The position numbers and the translations under genes are program-made. A stretch of DNA of 64,000 bases. Source: a virus (Duplodnaviria > Caudoviricetes). Under the pieces are notes generated by a model. The model saw only the letters and a program-made list of their open reading frames with translations. It did no database searches and was not told the origin of the DNA. Numbering within the stretch: position 1 is the first letter of the stretch; each line of letters starts with the position of its first letter. The DNA lies in the IMG/VR virus record IMGVR_UViG_3300033177_000258. One strand, given 5' to 3'. Positions 10,354 to 18,474 of the stretch are shown here, in pieces.

Positions 10354-10722
10354 ATGGCACAGCACGGCTTCGCTTCGATGAAGACTCTGCAGGCTCTCTT
10401 CCCGAAGATAGCCACCTGCAAGCTGGCACTGCTTCGGGCCCTCATCAAGCGCGAGGTCAAGTCTATCCCGGTCGCCGATATGCTCGGTGTGCAGCCGGGG
10501 AAGCACGACTACCTGCCTGCGGGCAACCGCAGCAGCAACATTCTCCTCATCGCCGACCACCTGCTCGGCACCTTCGGGGTCGAGACCCTCGGCCACGGTG
10601 TGTACTACTGCAACACCGGGGAGACCTACGACGCCACCCTGCTCTATGACGCTCGGCAGGGCCGCTTCTGGGTCGGTAGCTGGGGCGACCTCGTGGAGGC
10701 CAACCCCACGAAGTTCGGGTAG
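10354..10722 (+). CDS. conserved-looking phage hypothetical protein
   Basis: GGAGG RBS; YCNTGETYDATLLYD..SWGDLVE pattern. Confidence 0.8.
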   Translation: MAQHGFASMKTLQALFPKIATCKLALLRALIKREVKSIPVADMLGVQPGKHDYLPAGNRSSNILLIADHLLGTFGVETLGHGVYYCNTGETYDATLLYDARQGRFWVGSWGDLVEANPTKFG

Positions 10723-10797
10723 CAGCAATCCTGCGCAGACAAGTGTACAACGGGGCAGCATCTGCTGCCCCAACCCATACCTCTGGAGGTCTCACCC

Positions 10798-11007
10798 ATG
10801 GTCATCTCGACGTGCAATGCGAACACCTGCTCCCGCCCCAACGGCACGCCCAACTGCAGCTCCTGCAGCCAGCGCCGCACCCCGAAGGACCGCAACGGCA
10901 ACGCCCGCAAGCTCACCTTCGCCGACACGCAGGCCATGCTCAACCACCGCGCCGCAGGCCGCCGCGTCCGCAACCGCGCCGCCCGCCAGGGCCAGGTGGT
11001 GTCCTAA
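10798..11007 (+). CDS. small basic Cys-rich protein
   Basis: GGAGG RBS; motif at 10725. Confidence 0.7.
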   Translation: MVISTCNANTCSRPNGTPNCSSCSQRRTPKDRNGNARKLTFADTQAMLNHRAAGRRVRNRAARQGQVVS

Positions 11008-11151
11008 TGAGCGTCGCCGCTCAGGTCAAGGCCGTGCAGGACATCATGCAGGAGGGTCTGGGCGCAGCGTGGAAGTAGCCCCGCAATCGTGCGCAGAGTA
11101 GTATCGGGGAGGGGCAACCCTCCCCGCACCCCAATTCACGGGAGGTCGCAC

Positions 11152-11511
11152 ATGGCACAGTTCAGAGGGACTTTGCGGGGCGGTCGTGGCGAAGCGTCGC
11201 GGCTCGGTGACAAGCAGACGGGGCTCACCGCCCACGTCAACGGCTGGCACTGCGGTATCGAGGTTGTCGCCCACCACGGCGGCGGGCAGGACCACTTCAA
11301 CGTCTACGCCACCGGGGGCAGCGGGGGCAGCGGGGGGCGCACCTTCCTCGGCGTCTTGATTGACGGCGAATGGCAGCCCGCCAAGCCCAAGAGCGACGAA
11401 GACGAAGACGGGGGCCGCGATGGCCGTTGCCGCCGCTGCGGCAACTATGACAGCGAATGCACCTGCGAGGATACGCCCTCGCTCGATGACGTGCAGATGC
11501 GGGAACGGTAG
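11152..11511 (+). CDS. hypothetical protein (array unit)
   Basis: GGGAGG RBS, ATG 11152. Confidence 0.8.
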   Translation: MAQFRGTLRGGRGEASRLGDKQTGLTAHVNGWHCGIEVVAHHGGGQDHFNVYATGGSGGSGGRTFLGVLIDGEWQPAKPKSDEDEDGGRDGRCRRCGNYDSECTCEDTPSLDDVQMRER

Positions 11512-11585
11512 CCCCGCAATCGTGCGCAGAGTAGTATCGGGGGCGGGCAACCGCCCCCGCACCCTGTCTCACAGGAGGTCGTCTC

Positions 11586-11867
11586 ATGCCAGTCGAGATG
11601 AAGTGCTTCGGCGTCTCAGAGAGTCGCAATGACTTTGGTATGTTGGGTGTGCGCCTACTCACGCAGGAGGGCCACTTCTACGAGGTCGCGGCCAACGACC
11701 TGAACGTGCCCCGGCGCGGTGACGTGGTGGAAGTCCCCACCCTGCCCAATGGCGAACTCAACTTCGCCGCCAAGGGCTTCGAGATTCCCGACCGCAAGTA
11801 CCCGGACGCTCCGGCCAACGTCATCCAAGCGGCATGGTCTATCCCGGTCCCGCCGCCCATCGAGTAG
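11586..11867 (+). CDS. hypothetical protein (array unit)
   Basis: AGGAGG RBS. Confidence 0.8.
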   Translation: MPVEMKCFGVSESRNDFGMLGVRLLTQEGHFYEVAANDLNVPRRGDVVEVPTLPNGELNFAAKGFEIPDRKYPDAPANVIQAAWSIPVPPPIE

Positions 11868-11939
11868 CCGCAATCGTGCGCAGAGAAGTATCGGGGAGGG
11901 GCAACCCTCCCCGCACCCTGATTCACAGGAGGTCGTACC

Positions 11940-12113
11940 ATGCCCGATGATGTGGTCCTGGAGCCCTATATGGACTTCGCCACCATCCGCGACGAGTCCG
12001 ACATGCGCTATGCGCGGCTGGCCGTGGCAGGCAAGCACCCCCAATTCAGCGGCACTTACCGAGTCGTGCGCGCCGGCAAGCCAGTCCTGTCTCCGCAATC
12101 GTGCGCAGAGTAG
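11940..12113 (+). CDS. 57-aa hypothetical protein; stop codon supplied by next motif
   Basis: AGGAGG RBS; MPDDVVLEPY..SPQSCAE*. Confidence 0.7.
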   Translation: MPDDVVLEPYMDFATIRDESDMRYARLAVAGKHPQFSGTYRVVRAGKPVLSPQSCAE

Positions 12114-12148
12114 TGTAAGCACGAACCATGAACTCAGGAGGTCGTACC

Positions 12149-12592
12149 ATGCCCCAGGCGGAAATCATCAGTGAGGCCAAGCCGGTCGATTGCGTGGAGT
12201 ACAGTCTGGCGTGCGATGTGCACGGGCGCGGCTCCGGCTTCGCTTTCAAGTCCGACGAGCGCGGCTGTGTGGACTTCGAGGGCAAGTCCCAGACGTGGCT
12301 TGACAACTATCGCAAGGTCGTCACCGACTTCATCACGGGCGCCAAGCGCTTCCCCATCTACGTGCAGAAGTATGAATGGAGCTACGTCGAGCCCGCAATC
12401 GCGCGCTGTGTAGTGTGCAGAGCCGAAGTGACTCTCGATGACTTCACGTCCTGCTGCGACAACTGCGGCCAACTCTATGACAAGAGCGGGTGGCCGCTGC
12501 AGCCCCGGCACCTGTGGGAGGAGCAGGAGGAGCCGGAGCCGAGCGTCCCCATCTTCACGGGGCGCGGCTTCGAGACGGTTCCCACATTCTAG
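12149..12592 (+). CDS. Zn-ribbon hypothetical protein
   Basis: AGGAGG RBS; CVVC..CDNCG. Confidence 0.8.
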   Translation: MPQAEIISEAKPVDCVEYSLACDVHGRGSGFAFKSDERGCVDFEGKSQTWLDNYRKVVTDFITGAKRFPIYVQKYEWSYVEPAIARCVVCRAEVTLDDFTSCCDNCGQLYDKSGWPLQPRHLWEEQEEPEPSVPIFTGRGFETVPTF

Positions 12593-12827
12593 GTCCCGAA
12601 AGGGAGGCCGTTCAGGCGGCCTCCCTTGCCGCAATCCTGCGCAGAGATGTGTGGAGAGCGGCCGGCCTGGCTCTAACGCCAGGCTTGTCGGGTATCGTCA
12701 ATGGCATTGCCACTTCCAACTGGCTACGGTTGGCACCGACCAGCAGGAAGGCCGTTGGCGGTACACGACAAGCCTGCCGCAATCGTGCGCACAACAGTGT
12801 AGCACACACCCCGACAGGGAGGTCGTC

Positions 12828-13112
12828 ATGAGACCCATTCAGAAGGAAGCGTGTCGCGTCCGTGAGGTCTGGTACATGGGCGTCTTTCAGGGTATGCAGG
12901 TGACCCTGCGCGGCGAGAAGTTCCCCCGCCAGAAGGGGCACGTCTATGCCACCAGCAGCGTTATCGGCGCAGTGGAGTCCGCCTTCCGCGAGAAGGCCGG
13001 GCTGCCTGCAGGCGACGACAAGACCAAGCCCATCGCCGAGCAACTCGGCGACGACGTGGGCCATCACATTCAGGAGGCTGTGGACCAGCGCCCCGGTCGC
13101 ACGATACGGTAG
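12828..13112 (+). CDS. hypothetical protein (array unit)
   Basis: GGGAGG RBS, ATG 12828. Confidence 0.75.
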   Translation: MRPIQKEACRVREVWYMGVFQGMQVTLRGEKFPRQKGHVYATSSVIGAVESAFREKAGLPAGDDKTKPIAEQLGDDVGHHIQEAVDQRPGRTIR

Positions 13113-13188
13113 CCGCAATCGTGCGCAGAGTATCGTGGGGAGCCGCAGTGCTCCCCACGTATCCATCACATCTATGGAGGTCGCACCC

Positions 13189-13413
13189 ATGGCCAAGCTG
13201 ACCAAGACGGAGCAGGTCATCGCCAAGCTGCAGGAACTCGGGTACACCGAGACCCAGACCAGAGGGCGCAAGTACCGCTGCTTCACGCACCCGAAGATGA
13301 GCGAGGACCGCAAGGTCTTCGTGGGCAACGCGGGGGCCGTGCGCATCGGCCGCTGCATCACCCAGAGCTTCAGCCACACCGAGCGCTTCCACGCGAAGTA
13401 CGCCATCAAGTAG
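13189..13413 (+). CDS. small basic hypothetical protein
   Basis: GGAGG RBS, ATG 13189. Confidence 0.75.
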   Translation: MAKLTKTEQVIAKLQELGYTETQTRGRKYRCFTHPKMSEDRKVFVGNAGAVRIGRCITQSFSHTERFHAKYAIK

Positions 13414-13485
13414 CCCGCAATCGTGCGCAGAGTAGTATAGGGGGCAGGGTGACCTGCCCCCAACCCCATACCGGGAGGTCGCATC

Positions 13486-13812
13486 ATGCCCCTGCAGAAG
13501 CTACTGGAGAAGATTGTCAGGAACCACGGCTACCTGAACGGCCCGGACGTTGACGAACTGGCCAAGCTCGACCGAATGCACCAAGTGTGCGTGCGCTGCA
13601 ACGCCGCGCGCTTCACCTGCCCCGTGCAGTGCTGCGCCCACCTCTGCACTATCATCGGTGAGAGTGGCAAGGACTGGGTACGCGACGTGAGCCTGCTGAG
13701 CACCGACCCCGCGCTGCAGACGTATGCCCACGTCTACGGCGTGCCCGAGCCCACCCCGGTGCTCGTGCTCAGTGGCGTGATGATAGTGGTGCCCCTCGGC
13801 GACGAGGGGTAG
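13486..13812 (+). CDS. hypothetical protein (array unit)
   Basis: GGGAGG RBS. Confidence 0.75.
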   Translation: MPLQKLLEKIVRNHGYLNGPDVDELAKLDRMHQVCVRCNAARFTCPVQCCAHLCTIIGESGKDWVRDVSLLSTDPALQTYAHVYGVPEPTPVLVLSGVMIVVPLGDEG

Positions 13813-14195
13813 CCGCAATCGTGCGCATAGAGATGTGAGCGGACGGCGCATCCCGAGTAACAGCAGCGAACCCCGTAGCCGGCTACAGGGGCGTAGCAGC
13901 GGGAGCAGCAATGCCCAGTGCGCCGTCCGGTCGCAGTTTTCTAGGTCCCCGTTCAGTTGCCGTTCAATCGTAATCCGACCCGCAATCATGCGCAGACGTG
14001 TGGACCAGGGGCCCAGGTCTAACGCCAGATGGCGAGGCAGACGCCGGCAGGCCAATCCTCTCGCTCCCAAGTGTTCGCTCTGTGGAGTGCCCCTCATGAG
14101 GCGAAGCAGAGGCACGGGGAGAAAGAGTGGCTGTCGGCGTGTGCCCCGCAATCGTGCGCAGAGGAGTGTACCCACTACACTGTGGAGGTCGCATC

Positions 14196-14534
14196 ATGTC
14201 CTACGACGAAGCGCTCGCGGCTGCGCTGGCCGCACTCAAGCAGACAGAAGAACTGGCGCCCGGCCACATCATCCACCCGATTGATGCTCTGACGAACGCG
14301 GGCTTCCGCATCGAGTCGGGCCGCCATACGTGGACGCCTGAGGAGAAACAGGTCTGGGAGCACCCCGAAGCGACGAAGCGCAATCAGAAGCTGCGCCGTG
14401 GCACGCCCGATGTCATGCGGGCGGTCTTCTGCACGCTCTACGGCTTCCCCGAATACCCGGCGCTCGCTCCCCTGCACCTCATTGTGGGGCGCTGCGGCAA
14501 TACCCGCTGCTACGACATCTGGCCGCCGTCGTAG
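14196..14534 (+). CDS. hypothetical protein (array unit)
   Basis: GGAGG RBS, ATG 14196. Confidence 0.75.
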   Translation: MSYDEALAAALAALKQTEELAPGHIIHPIDALTNAGFRIESGRHTWTPEEKQVWEHPEATKRNQKLRRGTPDVMRAVFCTLYGFPEYPALAPLHLIVGRCGNTRCYDIWPPS

Positions 14535-14588
14535 GGCGGCCGCAATCGTGCGCATAGGAGTGTAACCACTCACTTCTGGAGGTCTCAC

Positions 14589-15029
14589 ATGCCCACACCC
14601 GGACTGCACAGCGACGAAGCGCGGCAGGCGGTCGCCATGATTTACCTGAATCAGGCCGGCGACGAAGTACCCTTCCCTGGCGGCAAGGACCTGGACGAAC
14701 TGCCCTCATGGGAGCGCGGCGCAGAGTACGCCCGGCGCCGCAATCTCGCGCGCGATGAATGGCTCAAGCAGCGCGCCAGCGAGACGCCCGACTTCCCCGA
14801 GCCCGACCCCGCCTATATGTTCCACATCGGCAGCGGCTACGTCAAGCTCACGGTCGCGGTCTTCTGCAGCAACGTGATGCCGGCGCACGCCGAACAGGAG
14901 TGCTACAGAATCATGGAGGAGTGGATTCAGGAGCACCGCCCCGACGAACTGAATGACGAGGGCGAACTCGATGAGGTCTACTGCGAAATCATCCCGGCAG
15001 AGGTGGAGCCCCCCGACCCCAACGGGTAG
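14589..15029 (+). CDS. acidic hypothetical protein
   Basis: GGAGG RBS. Confidence 0.8.
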   Translation: MPTPGLHSDEARQAVAMIYLNQAGDEVPFPGGKDLDELPSWERGAEYARRRNLARDEWLKQRASETPDFPEPDPAYMFHIGSGYVKLTVAVFCSNVMPAHAEQECYRIMEEWIQEHRPDELNDEGELDEVYCEIIPAEVEPPDPNG

Positions 15030-15093
15030 GGGCTCTGCCCCGCAATCGTGCGCAGAGTGGTGTAAGAACCCACTACGCTGTGGAGGTTGCATC

Positions 15094-15390
15094 ATGAGAC
15101 GGCGATACATACGGGCGACGGGCAGCACCGGCTATGACAAGACGGGCATCACCTTCCCGGTGCAGGAGCCGGTGGACTGGGAGGTCCTGCTGGCCGGCCT
15201 GAAGAGGCCGAACCCCACCTGGGAGCACGAGCACGGCTGGGAGAATCAGCCGGAGGTCCTGGTCTTCACTGCCAGCGACGAAGAAGCGCGGATGGTAGAC
15301 GAACGCATCACGGAGCACCCCGCCCTGCGTATGCGCACGCTTGTGCGCGACAGGCACTGGCGGGCGAAGCCGCAATCCTGCGCAGAGTAG
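15094..15390 (+). CDS. hypothetical protein; stop codon supplied by next motif
   Basis: GGAGG RBS; ends KPQSCAE*. Confidence 0.75.
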   Translation: MRRRYIRATGSTGYDKTGITFPVQEPVDWEVLLAGLKRPNPTWEHEHGWENQPEVLVFTASDEEARMVDERITEHPALRMRTLVRDRHWRAKPQSCAE

Positions 15391-15421
15391 TGTAAGAACC
15401 CAGCTACTCTGGAGGTTGGAT

Positions 15422-15568
15422 ATGCCCTACAGGCAGAGTGACGAAGGCAAGTGCCCGCGCTGCGGCCAAGTCGGCTGCAGCGTTGGCTGCGCGTGGAACC
15501 GCCCGAACCAGAACATCACGCGCCCGAAGTGGCGTGTGCAGCCACTCATACCCAAGGAGGCACGCTGA
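15422..15568 (+). CDS. 48-aa Zn-binding-like peptide
   Basis: GGAGG RBS; CPRCGQVGCSVGC. Confidence 0.65.
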   Translation: MPYRQSDEGKCPRCGQVGCSVGCAWNRPNQNITRPKWRVQPLIPKEAR

Positions 15569-15596
15569 TGCGGCGCGGCTAGATGATTGCGGAAGG

Positions 15597-15622
15597 GCCC
15601 CCGGTGAGAGCCGGGGGCTTTT
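15597..15622 (+). terminator. intrinsic terminator
   Basis: GCCCCCGG-TGAGAG-CCGGGGGC-TTTT. Confidence 0.75.
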
Positions 15623-15809
15623 CCATTTCATGGGTCCCAGTTCAAGACCGTTCAATCGATTGCACACATCCGCAATCGTGCCCCTGCCGTGCCGGGGCGC
15701 CGGGCTCTAACGCCAGAGCCAATCATCCCAAGGGGTAATTGTGTCGCAATCGTGCGCAGAGTAGTGTCAGGTGTCAACCTGACCAATACCACCTAACAGG
15801 TGAGGCAAC

Positions 15810-16202
15810 ATGAAACGCGTGCAGAAGACCCTCAAGCCCGACTCCCGTCACAACTTCCAGTATGAGGAGGGGGAGTTTGAGCAGTATTGCGCTCGGCTCA
15901 CCGCCTCCAAGCGCCGCCACCTCGCCGCCCGGCAGGCGGAAGCGGAAGCGGACCCGGTGCACGACCTCAAGCAGGCGGAAGTCCGCGCCTTCCACGCCAT
16001 GATGCGCAACCGCACCGCCGAAACGGAAGCGGTCTACAAGACCGCGTGGCAGGCGCTGCACGACTATCGCATGAAGCATGACACCGGGTACCGCCGCACC
16101 GTGGAGCACGACCAGCGCCGCGCGCAAGAGAAGCACGCCGAGGTCTTGCAGGCGCGCTTCGGCGTGGCCACGACCGGAATGGTCGCCGCCGACAGTATGT
16201 AG
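15810..16202 (+). CDS. helical hypothetical protein
   Basis: GTGAGG RBS, motif at 15745. Confidence 0.75.
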   Translation: MKRVQKTLKPDSRHNFQYEEGEFEQYCARLTASKRRHLAARQAEAEADPVHDLKQAEVRAFHAMMRNRTAETEAVYKTAWQALHDYRMKHDTGYRRTVEHDQRRAQEKHAEVLQARFGVATTGMVAADSM

Positions 16203-16717
16203 ACAGGTGCGCGGGGGAGACAACCCCTCCCCCGCAATCATGCGCACAGTAGTGTATGAAGCGGGTGGCGCCCAGAAACATCGCGTGAGACGCTCGCCGT
16301 CTCAATCGGGCGAAAAGCGGGCTCAAAAGCGGCGCCAGACCAGCGCCAAAGCCACCCGCAATCCTGCGCAGAGTAGTGTACAGAGTAATCCTGCTGCCTA
16401 TCCCAAGATGAACTTGGTGGGTTCTAGAGAGGTTCGGGCACCTGCAAAGGTGAGCTACCCACCGTCCCGGCATCGCAGACTAGCGGCTGCCGGAGGCGCC
16501 TAACTCAACGCCTCCGCCCTCTCCGGGGAAGGCACACAGGTACACCGGAGGGCCAAGGGAAGGCTCACACCTGCTTTCCCTTGGCTCTTCTGTTCAGCCG
16601 TTCAATCGAAGTCTTAACCGCAATCGTGCGCAGAGCAGCGGGGGCAGGGGCTGGGCTCTAACGCCAGGCACTGCGGCCGGCCGCAATCATGCGCACAATG
16701 GCATGATGTGATGCCCT

Positions 16718-16798
16718 ATGTGGCTGCTGGTGATGCTGCCCGTCTGTCTGGAGAAGACACTCGACTTCCTCGCGTGGCTCTTCCCGGCAGGTGAGTGA
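16718..16798 (+). CDS. 26-aa hydrophobic micro-peptide
   Basis: MWLLVMLPVCLEKTLDFLAWLFPAGE*, fills the interval between motifs 16682 and 16801. Confidence 0.45.
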   Translation: MWLLVMLPVCLEKTLDFLAWLFPAGE

Positions 16799-16835
16799 GC
16801 CGCAATCGTGCGCCCAGTCGTGTGAGGTGATGCCG

Positions 16836-16898
16836 ATGTACATAGTCGCGCTGCTGCTCAACCTGATGTCCTACTGCTACCCGCCGCCCCGGCAGTAG
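16836..16898 (+). CDS. 20-aa hydrophobic micro-peptide
   Basis: GAGGTG RBS; MYIVALLLNLMSYCYPPPRQ*. Confidence 0.5.
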   Translation: MYIVALLLNLMSYCYPPPRQ

Positions 16899-17157
16899 GG
16901 CCGCAATCGTGCGCAGAGTAGTGTACGGAGTAAGCGAACGCGAACCTCCGGCAACTCCCCCTACCAAAGGTGATGCCTATGCGCTGAGTGTTGCTACGTT
17001 GTCCGCCACCCGCCTTCTAGAGGCCCTGCGGGGTAAGTGGTGGCGGAAGCGTATGGAAGTCGTGCCGGGGAGCCGGGGGCACCGTCGCCCCCGCCCCCGC
17101 CCCCGCAATCGTGCGCATAGCTGTGTACGCACCAAAAACATGCCGGAGGGCAGACGC

Positions 17158-17421
17158 ATGACACGACTCATCATCAGCCACATCATCACAGCACTGGTCG
17201 GTGTCTTCTCGGTCCACTACTACCAATTCCTCAAGGCCCACGACCTGCAGCGGGGCGACATCATCCCCGGCTGCTGCGCCCTGGCCGCCGCCGTGCTCAT
17301 TGTCGCCTTCACGCAGGCGGTCGCCGCCCTGCGCGCCCAGCACGCGCAGACGCGCATCGCAATCCTGCGCCAGCGCAAGCTCACCGATATGACCGGACGG
17401 GTAGAGCTCGACGCAGAGTAG
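17158..17421 (+). CDS. small two-TM membrane protein
   Basis: GGAGG RBS; two hydrophobic segments. Confidence 0.7.
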   Translation: MTRLIISHIITALVGVFSVHYYQFLKAHDLQRGDIIPGCCALAAAVLIVAFTQAVAALRAQHAQTRIAILRQRKLTDMTGRVELDAE

Positions 17422-17616
17422 CCCGCAATCGTGCGCCCAGTGATGTAGGGAGGGACTTCGGCCCCTCCTGATTCCATGGCTCCCTGTTCAGTGCCGTTCA
17501 GCGAAAGTCACAAACGCAATCATCCAGCGCCGCCGTGAGCCAGGGCTGGGCTCTAACGCCAAGGGCCGCGCAATCGTGCGCCGGGTAGTGTACCAACTAC
17601 ACTTCGGAGGTCGCCT

Positions 17617-17676
17617 ATGATAGCACTCGCACTCATCGGACTCGTGATGTTAGGACTCGCCGCACTCTTTGGGTAG
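17617..17676 (+). CDS. 19-aa hydrophobic micro-peptide
   Basis: GGAGGT RBS; MIALALIGLVMLGLAALFG*. Confidence 0.55.
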   Translation: MIALALIGLVMLGLAALFG

Positions 17677-17839
17677 ACGACCGGGCCGCAATCGTGCGCA
17701 TACGTAGTGTAAGAAAGTAGTTTACACAACTCTTCTGCTATGCTAAACTCTCTTCTGTAGGGCCGAGGAGGTCGGCCCGCAATCATGCGCACAGTAGTGT
17801 AGGACGGACGTACAACACACCATAGGGAAGTGATAGGCT

Positions 17840-18181
17840 ATGCGCACGAACCCGAACCAAGTGTACTACAAGCCGAACGCGCAGGTCAATTTCCGCAAGG
17901 GTGACCTGTACCAGCAGGGGCCGTCGAAGAATCACCCGAAACCCGTCGCCGAAGTCTACACCGGCGTGCCGCTGGACCTCCTCGCCGTCGCGCCCTATGG
18001 CGATGACCACGCCAATCGCAACTGGTATCGGCGCACCTTCGGTCGATACCCCAACTTCACCGGGCCGCGCGCCCTCAGCTTCATCCGCGCGCAAGCCGAA
18101 GTCTTCAATGCCAACTTCGGCCGCTATCCCCACGAACGGGCCGCTATCGCACTCGGCGCCAACGCGGAGGCCGTCGCCTAA
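17840..18181 (+). CDS. hypothetical protein (array unit)
   Basis: Motif at 17778; hairpin after stop. Confidence 0.75.
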   Translation: MRTNPNQVYYKPNAQVNFRKGDLYQQGPSKNHPKPVAEVYTGVPLDLLAVAPYGDDHANRNWYRRTFGRYPNFTGPRALSFIRAQAEVFNANFGRYPHERAAIALGANAEAVA

Positions 18182-18474
18182 CCACGGACGAACGGGCCGG
18201 CCTTCGGGCCGGCCCGTTGCTATTCCTACCCGCAATCGTGCGCCGTAGAGTGTAGACAGGAAAACATGGGCCCGAGAGACGGGCCGTTCATATCAAGACC
18301 AACCCGCAATCCTGCGCACAGCAGCGGGGGCAGGGGCTGGGCTCTAACGCCAAGACCGTTCAGGAAACTTGGCTCCAGGATGATTGCCGTTCAGTTCATG
18401 CCCCATCCGCAATCATCCCCACCCACCCCCAGCAGCAGCTCAGCCTCTAACGCCAACACCTGGCTACACAAACG

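Larger units (their letters stand above)
293..18420 (+). repeat. Dispersed repeat, about 50 copies of CGCAATC(G/C/A)TGCGCANAGTAGTGTA; probable phage-specific promoter/operator
   Basis: Copies at e.g. 387, 681, 1186, 2050, 2452, 3090, 3907, 4728, 5665, 6201, 6731, 7232, 7838, 8379, 9184, 9767, 10301, 11082, 11515, 11869, 12094, 12778, 13114, 13416, 13814, 14147, 14541, 15041, 15371, 15745, 16233, 16357, 16902, 17104, 17778, 18231; usually right after a stop codon and 35-75 bp before GGAGG+ATG. Confidence 0.95.
182..18455 (+). repeat. Ten copies of a ~85-bp module GG(C/T)(T/C)CC-N8-10-GCCGTTCA-N14-CGCAATC-N~30-TCTAACGCCA
   Basis: Copies at about 182-270, 5511-5592, 9091-9176, 12592-12681, 13944-14027, 15632-15715, 16583-16666, 17478-17561, 18268-18352, 18371-18455. 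Confidence 0.85.

Noticed and set aside
203-18260. Minus-strand ORFs across the array with recurring LCARLR / SAHDCG / RTIA peptides
   Set aside because: These are translations of the repeated motif and GC-rich shadow frames without RBS
293-18420. CRISPR array interpretation of the dispersed motif
   Set aside because: Intervals range from about 50 to 900 bp and mostly hold ORFs; repeats are degenerate; no cas genes in the window
182-18455. Canonical integron attC sites (TCTAAC and GTT boxes)
   Set aside because: Order is GTT then AAC, opposite to attC; no long imperfect palindrome per cassette; no integron integrase seen
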